Below are positions 1-21,700 of a DNA stretch of 64,000 nucleotides, piece by piece. A program made the position numbers and the translations under genes. The notes below the pieces were generated by a model. The model made no database searches and was not told where the DNA came from. It saw only the letters and a program-made list of their open reading frames with translations. The stretch's first letter is position 1. The number at the start of each line of letters is the position of its first letter. Source of the DNA: Balanoglossus misakiensis (taxonomy: Eukaryota > Animalia > Hemichordata); assembly GCA_040954595.2 (NCBI GenBank), contig CM082579.2, positions 2,596,345-2,660,344 of the forward strand. Direction: 5' to 3'.

Positions 1-363
1 AATTTTTTGACGGACGCTTTTTCAAAAGTAACTTTGTCGAACTTTTATTCACCACAGTGACACCAAACAAATTGGTTTTATGCATAGGCCTACTGGTACT
101 TCGTGGTCTAAATTTGCTCCAAGTGAAAAGTTTCGGTTTCTTATTGGCCAAAAGTGCATAGGGCCTAAACCTCCGAATCTATGCTAATCTATTTAGGTTT
201 TCTCTGCAGACTTTTGTTTATTCTCGCTTGCATGTGTTCAAAGTAAAAGTGTCTAGTAAACAAAATAACGCTCACTGACAGGCCATCAGCCGTTGTCTCA
301 ACCGAAACCCCACCCACGCCTGCACCACCCCAGGCATTGTGTATGACCGAAGGTGTCAAATTG

Positions 364-426
364 CAGACTTGGTGTCGCCGTATACATGACGTCACGGCAC
401 TTCTGCGCATCGGCGCCGAGACAGAC
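364..426. promoter_or_regulatory. Candidate BMP/Smad-responsive element cluster upstream of Smad1/5/9
   Basis: Minus strand 379-364 reads GGCGAC-ACCAA-GTCTG (GRCGNC-N5-GTCTG). Perfect CRE TGACGTCA at 387-394, GGCGCC at 412-417, CAGAC at 422-426, in a CpG-rich stretch. Confidence 0.5.
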
Positions 427-559
427 TGACGAATCACTGCGTTCATGTTGAATATACCTTCACCAAATCAAACTCTGAAACATAGTTCAAAAAGCCGCTG
501 TGCCCCAAACCAAAGGAAGAATTATTGATTGACGGACTGTAAGATTATTTTATCAGTGA

Positions 560-839
560 CTTTTCGCCATATCACGAAATTTTATTTGCGGAATTTGCCC
601 ATGTTTTGGCACCAAAAAGTAGTCCGCAGTATTAGGCCTAATTAATTGGTTGCGGAATGCTATCGGACTGCTATGATAGTAAAGCGGTCGTTCGCCTAAG
701 TGTCGCCAGTATTCTGTAGTAGTTGTGAAAACCCGAAGATTGGAATTTTTCATGGAAAATCATCTTGCACCGCTTTCCTCTTCCCAGTTGCCGTAGTTTC
801 ATTATCAGACGTTATCCGAGTGTCACTGCCAAGTGTAAG
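560..839 (+). other. Probable non-coding first exon / promoter region of the Smad gene (start approximate)
   Basis: CpG-rich region ending at donor AAG|GTAAGC (GT at 840). Alternative donors at 967 (GTAAGT) and 1077 (GAG|GTAATA). The next acceptor TTCTGTTTCAG opens exon 2 at 1492. Confidence 0.45.
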
Positions 840-1615
840 GTAAGCTTCAGACTGCAGTTAGGAATTCTTCTCGGCGGTTTCCGACTCGAAATTTGAGTCA
901 TTGAATGGACGACGCCATGTTGACTGTATTTGTAGGGTTGCTATTCATACATCGGTCTGGCTCTGTGTAAGTAGTGCCTGCCTGGAGCAGAAGCCCTGAC
1001 TTCTCCTTTCGCTAGCCGTCGGTTTCGCCGTTATTCTGGTCCCCGGAGACACTGAGGTGACATAAATTTATCTGAGGTAATATCTGAACCCAGCAATTTC
1101 TGCATTTTTGCCCATGTCTGATGTTACACGCTCAATATTCGAAGCCATACAATCGCTCGGGCGAAGGTCTCAAACCTGGCGGCCATCTTGGATTTGGCAT
1201 GTTGCCATCCCACTTCCGAATGTTGGATGCCCTTCCGGTAAATTGTCTGGTGTATAACCTATACCGTGGATGTAATTACGCAGTGATCTGCAGACATATA
1301 GTAAATACATTCCACGGACAAAGTAATTATCACTCTTACGACAGTGATCCATTCAATCTTTATGAAATCCAGTGCCTAAACTCAACCAGTGTTGTGCGTC
1401 TCAAGTATTTGCACATAAGTAAGACTGAAATTGACAGCAGCGATAGAGATCTGATGTTTGAGTCTCATCAGATATATCTTTTCTGTTTCAGGTCAACACA
1501 TTCATCATCTCGATGCTTTGTTAGATACCACTACCAACCACACCTTGGAAGAGGACGCAGAACATTGTGTTGGGGAAAATTTGTTCACATCAGTATTCTC
1601 CGACCTGCTGCTTGA

Positions 1616-9408
<7,793 letters not shown>

Positions 9409-10992
9409 TGCAAACTCTACTTAAACTTCATTATTACATCATTCACTTCAAGCCCTTTCACTGCTGTTTGTATTTTGTGCCTCAAATTTCTATTAAAAAA
9501 TATCACATGCTAAGTACTTGTCTTTAAGAGATTCTAAATCCAGTTTGGAACTCAAATTCAGCTGAGACATGAACTCCCCAATTGGCTGAATGCAGGTTCA
9601 AAAACGCTGTCGAACTGGGTTTTGTGATAAAAACTAGGAACAACGAAATGATGGTGTCTGGATTGAATTTTTAAGGCTTGGAAGCTAATACATACAATAA
9701 TGAATTTGTTAAAAAATATGACAAATACCAAGAAAGGCAGTGAAAGGGGTAAACTTTTGAAGTTCCTTATGCCAAATGGAATTTTCTTTGTCTTTGTTGC
9801 ACACATGTGTTGTCAGATAAGAGTACAACAGTCTAGGCTGATCCTCTTGTGGTTTCGAGAGAATAAATAAAATAATCATGATTGGTGAAAATGTTTTGTA
9901 ACGCAATGTAATGGCTAGTCGTGACCATTATTTCATGTTGTAGTGACAATTTTCCCCCCGGTGATGTCTTTTGCAGTTTCTGTGTCATGGCTGGTGGGTA
10001 TTTCTCTTGTGTATTACAGCAAACTCAATGGTTTGAAAAAATAAGTGAAAAATAGTCGTCGAGTCGAGTGGAGTCTCCATTAATACTACTTAAGAAGTAA
10101 TGTATAATTTTCTCCCTTTTCTGTTTCTCTACCGTGTTGTAAATCTTAGCCCTACCTTTGTATTTCAGTCATTAATCTGCCATGGAGAAACCTTCTCACA
10201 GGGTTAGCTTACTTAGACACGAAACAGTTAGTGTGTACCACTTAAAAAGCCCAGGTGCAATGTTGGTTCAATGTCAGGTTTGAAATACACACACTCATGT
10301 AAAACTTAGCATGTATGTATGGACAGTACTTAACAGTATTCTTTTTTCTTGTCCGTACTGTGTCTGGTCCAGGTTCTGATCAAAGCTCTAAGACTTTCCA
10401 CAAAACTCTGGTCACATCTGGTACTAAGATTTCAATATTGGTCAATTTTCTAGCATGGTGGAAAATGCCAAATCACGTGTTGAATGGTGAGAAAAATAGT
10501 AATGGTACTTTTTTCTCTTGTCAAAATCTTTAGATACACAGTAGACGTTGTATTATATTTAGAACTGAGTTTTTTTTCTCGGCAACTGAAGTGTTACTTC
10601 TGTCACTGGGTAGATATATAATTGCTACTTTTTGAAGCTCAACTATCACTTATGAATGTTTTGTACAACAGAAACGCATCAACCGGCAACAGGAATCACA
10701 ATTCCACAAAGTTATCAGTTGAAACTGAACACCTCCTAAATCATACTTCTGAAGAAACTTGCAGGTATATTTGACCATTGAATAAAAAGCTAAATTTTTG
10801 GTTCAGTGTTTGATCAATGCAGCAAACTGCCTGTTACTGGTTGATATGTTTTGGCTGTGAAAAAAGCAAACATTGGAAACAGTTTAACTGGTGGCTAAAA
10901 AATAAGATGTACTGTCCATCAGAATTTTTTTTATTATAAAAAGGTATAGCTTGTGAACAGGCCTAAAGCCTAATTTTGGTCTGGAGAATAAA
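9409..10992 (+). other. Probable Smad 3' UTR with candidate poly(A) signals
   Basis: T-rich sequence after the stop; AATAAA at 9862, 10781 and 10987. The true end is unknown. Confidence 0.4.
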
Positions 10993-12299
10993 CTTTTCTG
11001 TTTTGAACTCAAAATAGCCTCTTCGTATTTGTCATGTTGTTGTTACCCCTTCTGCATTCAATACTTTGATTCCGTTCCGCTGGTATAGTTTAGTGGATTG
11101 GACCCTATTATTCATGAAAAAGGAGTGGGTGGAGTGAAACAGCTACAGTAACTGTTAAAATCATCTAGCATAGCACCGGGATCAGCAGTCAGAATGTATA
11201 AGCCACATTGCCATCAATGAAAAGTAAAGGGTCAGTGCCCAGTGCAGTCTTTTCTGAATGATTTTACTGGCATTGCCAGATTCATTCACTATCTAATACA
11301 GAAAGCAACTCGTATGGAAATACTAGGCATAGAATTAAAATAAAAAATCCACGCAGGGTATAAAAGAAAGAAATGGCGAAGAAACGACTGCAAATTATGA
11401 AAAGTACCCTTGATATGCGTTGAGTAGCACAGCCAATCGCAAGAAAAAAGAAAAGTGTATTTGTATTTTTCGGAGAGGGCGCTATTGCATAGTTTACATA
11501 GCTTTTGCATTCATTTTGTTTCAGGGTATATTCAGTCATTTCTTTCTTTTCTTATGAGAAGAGAGAGCATACCATGATCTAATGGTATAATATTTGCCAA
11601 TACAAATTTGAATGATGGAGTTCTGTACTCTATAATAGTAAGAAACACATTACATGTCACATGTCATGTGCATATACAACCCAGGGTGTACAACTGAGTG
11701 TGCAAGTACATGAAGCACACAAGACGCATGCAAACAATTATCTGGGGAGATGGTTTAGCAGGGAATGTGGACTTAAACTTTCTGACTGATTTGGTCGCCT
11801 ATGGAAACCGCGGAGAAAGCGCGCAAGCCAAGGCTTGTCATAGATCCTAGGGTCTCTCCAGGGTGTACGTTTCATCATGTTACATTTAACCTTTGACCCC
11901 GAATATACATAAAATCACATGCTCTCGTTTCAACACAACGCGGGAGACCCAATATGCAAGGTTCGACTGAGAAGAAGCCCAGACGAATCGGTGGACAATA
12001 GCGTCATTTGGACCAGTCTCAGTCTCACGTTTTAAATGGTAGGTCACATGGTTTTCATTTTCACCTTTCTTGGGCTTCTTAGGTAGTCCAGTGCTGCCAT
12101 CGCAACGGCAGAAAACGCCGATGTTCTTGAACGTCTGTCTTGTACGTGGGACGTGGCGTGTGTTGCTAAATTTAAATAAACAGAACGGTCGCTGGAAGAA
12201 TTTTCATTTTGAACTTGCTCAAGCTCTGGTCTTGTTTTTTGTTTCCATGTTTCTCACAACGAGAACAGATGTTTGCAGTTTATCTTTCTCCACGTGCTA

Positions 12300-12772
12300 G
12301 AACTTTTAGTTGACAATCATTGGCATGACAACGGCAACGTGCTATATATATACGGCGCGGTCGATACATTTTACGTCTGACTTTCAAATTTAATTCACGG
12401 CGATACAATGGGCTTGGGTGATTTCAATGTTACGCCACACTATTACGATTCGCTATTGTACTCACGTGCGTTTACATCAAGAAAGCAACTCGTATTACCA
12501 AGAAATAATAATATTACGAATATTAGGGATGTTCAATTTCAACGAGTGAAGTTTTGGGTTGCCTGAGGGGCTTTGCGAATCACAGGTCACCACTTTCTTC
12601 CTTACTAAACTATCAGGTAATAAAACTTCAGGCGAAAGAAGCGAACGCGTTTTTATGGCTTCATCTTTAAAAGGAAGGGAAATTTAGATGTAAAGTGGTG
12701 AAAAACCTTTAATATTTCACTTATTTTTTCCCTAAAATTCTTTTGCGCATCCTTATATCAGGCGCAATACAG
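12300..12772 (+). promoter_or_regulatory. Probable promoter / non-coding first exon of the MTUS-like gene (start approximate)
   Basis: Local CpG enrichment about 11800-12770, TATA-like CTATATATA near 12342, donors CAG|GTAATA (12617) and perfect CAG|GTGAGT (12773) followed by a T-rich intron start. Confidence 0.4.
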
Positions 12773-15700
12773 GTGAGTACCTTCTGTGTTAACTTGTACA
12801 GATTTTGTGTTCATTGTTTGCTGTTTGTTTCAGTTTTTATTTCAATTTTGGTGTGGTTTTGAAAGTAGTTTGTGAGTTTGTCAGTCCCAAATCTCTCATG
12901 CACACAAATTGCAAGATTTGGTCAGAATATGTCATATTTTTCAACCTAACTCTTTGATGACTGTAGTACATGTATATTCATATCACAAGATTTTAAATTT
13001 GCAAAGGTATATAAGCTTGTCATATTTTTTGTATTGGAGTACTGTTGATGTGCAAATTTTACTCTTGCTCTTTGCTAAATAAAGATAAACTGCAGAAACG
13101 GCAAAGTTTCTGTTGACCGTCAGATTTTTATTTAGGCAGCATCAATTTTTGAACATGTTCAATGCTCTTGTATGTTAAATGTGCCTTTGACTCCTGGTAC
13201 ACCGCCCTCTATCGGAGTAATGAAAGTTTCATGTACAAACAATGTTTGTCGTCATATGATACAATATAAAGATATACACCATCTGTTTGTTATGGTGGGC
13301 ATTGAATGAAAGCAAAGGGACGTGTGACTATTAAAGAAAAACATAATGTATACAGTATTCAAATTAACTGAGAACTGAAAGTATGTGACTACACTAATTG
13401 TAATTGGCAAGCAGTAGGTAATTATTCATATAGTTCAGACATTTAAATATGTCACCTTGTTGCCAGATGAGTCATTTGCGATTAAAACGTTTCCTTGGTA
13501 ACAACTATTGGATGACAGATTTTAATGGTGTATTGGCAGATGATGAATTCCCCCCTTGCAGTCTGGATAGTTGTGGTTGTATCCCGGTTGTATCAAGGGA
13601 GAGTTATCAGTGGCCTCACCCACCTTTCTATTATTAACAGCCTCAGTATGGTATTGCCTCTCATTTGCATATCAATTGCATTTTCATGTTTGCCTGAAAT
13701 ATTGACGCAACTTCCAACAGCATTGTTGTCTTAATTACTGCCTGGAATTGGAAGGTTTTCAAATACTGATGGTCGGATGACTATTTTCGAGCTGTACAGA
13801 AAGTCATGGAAGTAAGTCACATTGATCATTCTGATGTGGTTCTAATTTACACCTTTTTGAAGCTTGTTATATGGAAATTTATATTGGAATTATGTAAATA
13901 TCACACTCAGCATAAGGTAATGTGGAGCCTCTGTGTTGTGGTTGTTAAGGGGATTTCATCAAGGTGTGTTAAACATTGACTGATCGAGGAGAAGTCAATT
14001 CTATTTGTGATGTAATACCAAAAACCTAGTATTTTATAAAGGATGTTATTTTTTCTGTATAATATATACAACATTTTTTCATCTTTGTCCATTTTATGAA
14101 ATGAAAAGTGCACTTAACTATATTGTCGGCGCGAAATATGTACTTAAGTGCATGCAAAGCTATATCCGCAATTTACTCATGACTGAGTCTGATGAACCCA
14201 AGTTAACCTTTAAAAGTAAAATTACTGTAATACAGCTGGCTCTATGAAAGCAACTGTTGCAAAACCATTGACAGTACAATGATACACGTAACAGTTATGT
14301 TTTGCATGGGCTGTTTTAAAATTTTAAGTTGTAATTTACATATTGTCATGTTGATCATTTGAGACCCACATTAGATTACTAATATACATGTACGGATAAA
14401 TGCTGTGGATAGCAACATGTATCAGGCACAATTGTCCTAAAGCATTTAAGAAATATAATCAATTGTCCTTGTGCTTTTGTAAGTTTTTTTTACCATATGA
14501 ATAGCTTTTGATAAATGAGTTCCATATTTGCCTGATATAAAATAATTAAACCCCCCAGTAACATTGAAGGAGAGATTAATGATACTCTACAGGACAAATA
14601 TTGGGTCAGGCAGATGAACACAATATGTCATCACCCAATAAATTGTATGAGAAAAAAGTCAAACACTGATAACTGTTAATCCATGGAAGCTTTCAGGAAG
14701 ATATTTTCATGAAATACAAAGTAACATTGGACAGTTTGGTTAATTCTGTCTGTAACACGCCCTGCTAAGAGAAAATGAACACATAAATTTATGCATTTGG
14801 GTTCTGTCATAAAGATTCATCAATAATTGAGTCGGAATGAATTGTGTAAAATAAGAGATGGTAATAACATATATGCACTCTAGGGACCAGCTCAAAAATA
14901 ATTATTTATGCTGAGTGGAATGTTGAAAAAACATGTAATTCATTGATAATAGTCATATTACAATATCGTTAGTAAGCAGAAATATTGTGGTTGTAGAAAG
15001 TGAGAGTCTATATCACTGTGATATGATGTACATTGTACCGGTATTTTTTAAAATCATTTATGCAAAATTAATGCCCACCAGCAAATGTCATCAATTTGGA
15101 GACCATGGCAGGTGACCCACTTCAGTTTCTGACTGTTCAGAACACGTGAAATGTTCACTAGTTAGCCTTAAGTGAAAGATCTTTAAAAAATGATAATTCC
15201 ATAAATCTAGTACATTTCTATATGAGATGTGAAAGAATGACTGACATATAGGGTGTCTGCAAGGAAAGAAAATCTCTCAAGGAATGCTGCAGAAGTTAGA
15301 GAACAGCAGTCAATGAAAAGAGCATTGCGGCTGCAATGCGCAAATCGGAGGCCCGAATCGTACAGAATTACTGCTCATGCTCAGTTCAGTAATATCATTC
15401 GTGATTCACCTCATTTGCATGTCAAAGCAGTGCGTGAAATGAGACGGATCAGCCCTCTAACAAGCGGTGTTGTACGTATCGCCTGAACAGTGTGGGTGCA
15501 GGAGGCTTTCTTTCATTTGGGAACTATAAGGCCCACTCACTTCAGTGGTACCATTCTGTAGTGAACTCTACCTAGTGTTTTACCCTGAGTTCAAAACGGA
15601 CAATCACTTTTTCGCCTGTGAGATATTTTCTTAAGAAAAATCCTGACGGCTGTATTTTCACATCTGGAAGATACCTTGGATCTATTCACTTGGCTGAGTA

Positions 15701-18700
15701 AGTGTATGTTTAGCACTTTTCTTTTATATTGAAATAATTGTTGTTTAGTTGTTCTTGCTGTCATAACAGCTGCGTGTCCAACACACCGGTCTTTTATCGT
15801 GAGTGCAGATATAACCTAATGCATTGTAAGGCTTTATATGTTGCCACACTGTGACAACTTCAGGCTGTAAATTTCAGTTTTATGACTTCTTATTGAATAT
15901 ATATTGAAGCCATGATTCTGAGCTGCTGCGCTGAATGTCAAAAAAAATAACAGGGTCAAATTATAGAGAACCTTCAGCTTTAAACCCGGATGGAATTTCA
16001 CCTGTTTGATATGGATCTCATGCAGTCAGATTGTTCTGTTCTTTGACCTCCATGTTGAAGCCATGCTAGAATCGAGTAACACAGTAGCCGAGGAACACAC
16101 CCCCTTCAGATAATTACATCTAAACAGCTCAAACATTAAACATATGGGTGTCAGATTTCTTGCCGTACAAGTAGTATTTTACCTCATACAGGGGTACAAA
16201 TATCAGATTGATATCAAAGGTCACAGAAAATTATTTTACCAAGGCATGTATGATATGCTTTTGTATAATAATATTCAACTCTGTACTGATAAATTTGTAG
16301 CAGTTTTGGGATTTCAGATTGATGTACAGTTAACTCTTGCTGCTTCAGTAGCTTTCAATAGACGTAATGGCGGTGTTACATCACACACATGCCAACACAT
16401 CACATTTTTTTATATCCTGCGTCTGAAGTCAACATGCCATACCATCCAGACAACATACAAGCGCTATGTAAACCAACAAGGTGTCTATTTATAGCAGTTG
16501 TGTTAATTTTTACACATTTTTTACAAGCTGGAAATATTGCTTTATTTTTAAAAAATATAGGATAAACAAGGCCGATTATTCCTTTCCAGGTATTTAATTT
16601 GAAGCAATGAAACCAAGATAACGAAGCACTACTAGTGAAAACGTCAATTCAATAACTAGCGTGAATGGCAATATAATGTAAATGTAGTGTAATCCTCTTT
16701 GCCATATTGCATTTGTCAGTGTGAGATTAATGTCTGTAAAATTCAAATGTAGAGATGGTAATATTGTAAGACTGACAATTTATTTGTAAAATTAATTGTT
16801 TTAAAATTATTTGTCAACAAGTAAGGGGGTTTATTCATTTATTTCTCTGCCATATTGCATGTGTTTATTTCATTGATAGCTTATACACATCTGTTGAATA
16901 GATCACATTAAAATTAGCCGCCATGATTCTGTCTGGCCTGGATTTTTGCCATTGTATCAAATTATGTGAAACCTTTGAATCCTGATGTGAATTTGGTCAA
17001 CAACTGCTCCAATTTTTTTGTGTGTGATGAATTTCAAATATTGTATTATATTTTGTGTGTGTGTTCAGTCAGATTAACATTTCTTTGGATCTGGGATGCT
17101 CGGTTCCCGCCCTCATTTTATCCATCACTAGTCATGTGGATCATTTTGTCCACTGATCTTTAAGCCATTCGTCATGTTAGGAAAGCAATGGACAGACTCT
17201 CAGTTTGCCATGAATAATAATCGCTGCTCAAAAAGTCAATTTGTAGAAAACTTGAGTGACGGGGTTGTGACTAGTGTGTTCACTTCATTTACATTCAGAG
17301 TAGCGTAGCTTGACACTGATTGAACTGCCTACAACAAACCAGGTCAGATTTAAAATAAAGTGGTCTCTATTATTATTTCCTCTGAAACTCCTACTTCCCA
17401 CTGTTTGTCCATGGCCTTTGGCATATATTTTGGATACTTTCATTTCAAATATCAAAGTAAAGTTATGTATCTTGGCTAAAATAATTTATGATCCAAGTAA
17501 AGTGTAGATCTGTCATTAGCATATTAATTACTTTCTTGCATGTAAAGTCAGGATTGGTTCATTGAATTATCGCATTCAGAGACAAACTCAATGAATGACT
17601 CGTTCCAGTGATCAGAAACTGAAATCATTTTACGCCACCTGGTGACATGTGTCTCATGCATGTGTAGAATATGCCTCAGAACAGAAAACTCACAAAGACT
17701 GTTTTCCATTGTGTCAGCACAGCCTGGCCATTGTACGCATGATGGGCATAATTCAAGAAATGTTGGTCAGTGAAGTTGATTACGTTGGTACACATGGTCG
17801 ATTGTCAAGTTCACGACTGACCTGAGCAGTTGAAAACAAGCATTTGCATAATTGATGTAACCACTTGGGTAGTATTGTGTGGTGGGTGGGCAAACAGTTT
17901 CCAACGAACACCCACAGACACCCCAACATGACCTCATTGGGTTAGATTACACCATTAAGCACCTAATGCTCTGACTGTGGTGAGGAAATTTCTAGGTCGC
18001 CATGGTATTTTCCATGCCGTACTAAATCCCAAATTTTTCATTCTACACCAAATGTTAAGTAGCCAGGTATGTACATATCCTCACATATTGCTATGCCCCT
18101 GCAGGTGTTGAAGCTGGCCTGTCAATTGATGGTTGCACTAGTGTACTTTGCTTTGGAACATGTCTATTGATTGGGTGATGAAATTACTCTCATATGTTAT
18201 CTTCTGGAAATATAATTAGAAGGAGCTTCTCATTAAACTTTTGCCTAAAGACATCTTTTTCTCTTGTCTCTTGCTAATTTCACATGTCATAAATAATGGA
18301 GTGTTGGAGGCAACTGCCTCAATAGAGTCACTTGTGAAACTGTGAATATATAACATGTATTTCAAGTGTTCAAGTAGTTTAAAGGGTCCTGTGAACTTCA
18401 AGTAGAGGTCACATCCTGAATACTCTTCTTTCAAGCATTTGATCATGAAACGCCTATATACTATATTTTAGATTGTCATCATAATGATTATACACAATTT
18501 CCTGTATTATTTCGTATTCAGTACGAACATTTCAAACTATAGTATCCCACACATCTGAGATGAATTTACAAACAGAGCAAAATTAATCACAGTTAATTTG
18601 AAAATAGTGTATCTTAATAGAATTGTTGATAGTATAACTTACATGTAATAGCCAAAGCCATTATTCAAAATTGAAATTTGATGTGACTACGTAACAAATC

Positions 18701-21700
18701 TAGCCTAGGAGGCTGACGAAAGGAAACTGGATTTCCTAATTGTGATAATGGAAAGATCAGTTTAAACCAAATTGAGATTCAGCACTTTACAGTCAAAATG
18801 GGTCAAAGCTATAATATGGAAATTCCATTAATCACGGCAGTAAGTGAACTGTTCTGGTGTTGCCTAGATACGTGAAGATGCTGGAGAGAAAGTGGATCAC
18901 TTTTTATCAAACGCAAATGTTTCTCATTCCGAATGGGGTTTGCAGGTCAAAGAGGTCAGTGTCGGAAAGTAATCCTATCATAACTCAACTGTCAGGGGCT
19001 TCATATGACCAGGGGAAGTTCTTTATTGCCACATGGGTTGTGTGAGGTGTGCATGACATGGTTAAAAATGCAAGATTTCTTGCCATGATGCAGGTCAGGT
19101 CACTTTGTATCTGTTTTCAGGTTTCAATACCAAAATGGCAATTTTTGACATAATTGGAGTTAGTAATGCTGCTGGGTGTGTCATCTAGAGTATGCAGATG
19201 TCCTTGATTCAATGATCACATGCGTACTGACATATCTTGTCAATATGATTTACAGTTGATGTTGTCATTACCATAATGTGTCAAATTGGCTCTGTATAGA
19301 TGTTTAACCTAGTTAGGTCTATAGTCAATTTTACTTCTCTTATTTCACTTCCTCAGAAATAGAAATTAATTAAACAGAAATTAAGATTGAGTGTATGTCT
19401 AATTAACATGTATACTGAGACATTTATTCAGAGCTCTGAGTACTGAAGTAGTTGACAGCTAGATAGTTCTACTGCCCAGTGCTTGCTAGCTGTGAATATT
19501 TTCCTTGAGATATGTTAACAAGGACATTTGCATGCAAGAAGCATCGTAGCTCAGTTGCAAACAGAAGTATTGAATTGCCCGGCAATACAATCAACAGATA
19601 TTGGCAGTCGGTTAATTGGACACGTTAGCCCAGTGTAAAAAGAAAGAGAGACTGTATACCCATATTTATGCAGAACAGACCAACCATTACATTACACGGA
19701 CATCTAAAAATACCAAAATTTTATATGGCCTCAATACGATCTAATATTACAAGTAGTATCAAGTGAGAGAGAAGTACAGGCTTTACACTCGTGGACACTT
19801 TGCGTGTCAGGTAAGATCTGATTAATATTTTTCATTGTAATGTCACAATTTACAAGCGTTAAATGGCTGTCGGTTAATATTCAGAATGGTTGTGTTTGAC
19901 CCTGAACCTATATCTGAATCATTCAATGGTGTTTTGTATTTGCTCATGTGTTCAGGTCACTGGTGAATATTTTTTGTACATGTATGATATTCAGTCTGAC
20001 TGCGTTTATGAAATACTATCCTTGTAGCCATGCTGATGTACATGTGAGCATTCCGTACATTTACCGGCATTTGCCAACACAGCGATGATGTAATACACTG
20101 GACGTCATATTCACATCCTCAAGACACTAATCTATTTCAGTCCCTGTATTAAACTGTTATACTTATTTGCATAAGACTAATTTCTTTCTGGGTATTTTTC
20201 ATCGCACAGAACTGACAGTTGGTGGTTAAATACGTAATGCAATGACACATATTTCCTGATGCATTCCAGTATTTTTATAGGATTTGACGTTTTGGATTTT
20301 ATGTCTGAGCATGACCTGCACGCTTCAGTCATGAATAATACAGACTGTACAATCAAGACAGACCGTTGTTGTACTGTATCATTTACATGTTACTGTCATG
20401 TGTAAATACACTGCAGTGTCTTGACATATTATAAGATCGCATATTTTTCTGACATTTTTATGTTTAAGCAAAATATATTACTCTGTAGAAGATGATAATT
20501 TTTGGAATTCAGCCAGTACATGGGAATAAATTGGCAAATAGTTTGGCAAGAGCCAAGTGCAACTATAGGTTACTACATTGAGAGCTAAAATTTAACCTTC
20601 AACTTGGCTGTATAACCATGACTTATTGAGGTTTTCTGGTCAACAACGATACTTTTGTGTCAAGGAAAAAATCTTCTGCACAACAGATGGATACTTGGAG
20701 ACAATATTAGCTCACCTTGAAAACACTCCTATATCCTGGCAATGGAGAAAGACATTTTGTGATTTTTTTCAACTTATTCAAGGAAACGTCAGCAAGGTCA
20801 TGTTTCTCTGCTCAAATTGCTGTCCCTAATTTAATTAAAGTTTGAAAGTGTGATACTGGATGACACTATATTAGTATTATCATGTCTGTCAAATAGGGAT
20901 GCTGCCTGGATAATGGCAGTTGCTGTCATGGTAACATGAAGACACCCGTGTTGACCAGGCAAATACAAAATAAGACTGATCAAACATACTGACTGCCAGT
21001 CTTTCAAGTTTCATGCAGTGCATGATGGGTACATACTTTGACCAAGTGTACTTTCTCCAGTTTATGTATTGAATAATATCGGCCAGTCCCACAGGGAACC
21101 CAGACATCTGCTTCTATGAACGAGGCTATAGACATTCTGTGGAATGAAGTGGTCAGCATTCTTATGATTCTAGTTATTGACCCTGGGGGGAGAGCAAAGA
21201 TATAGTATGCTGTAGCTATTTTTTTCATCTCGGATGTTGAGATTTCAAATTTGTGATCTTTGCAAAGTACAATGTATTTGTACTTAAAATAGGAATACAC
21301 CGCCAATAAAAGAAGTAAATCTGTACACTGATTTCTATCTTGTCACTTCCAAATTTGCAAGAATTAATTAACATGACATTAATAGGTTATTTTTCCAGAT
21401 CAATTACTTTGCTCCGGAATTTGATAATGCAGTAGTCAAATAGCATTCATTTACATATCTGCTCTGACATCCGGTTATTCAACTCAGTTATGTACTTACA
21501 TTGTAGATGAATGGAAATTATTTCTGTATGTGGGGCAAAACGTGTTTGTTCAAGTTATTATTGTATTGCGATTATAATTGTCATGTAATTACAAGTAATT
21601 AGCGAACAACAGTTTTTGTTATTGCCATCAATATAATTGCAGAAAAAATCCTGTGAATGTAATTATTAGATACCAATGCACTTGATCTTAGTTGTCTGTT

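Noticed and set aside
1177-1196. GGCGGCCATCTTGGATTT (similar at about 50421 and 56328) as a YY1 site or repeat relic
   Set aside because: Short common motif; cannot distinguish a binding site from a repeat remnant.
189-1615. ORFs 189..446 (-) and 1121..1615 (+)
   Set aside because: No recognisable domain; they overlap promoter, intron and UTR sequence, with no supporting splice structure.
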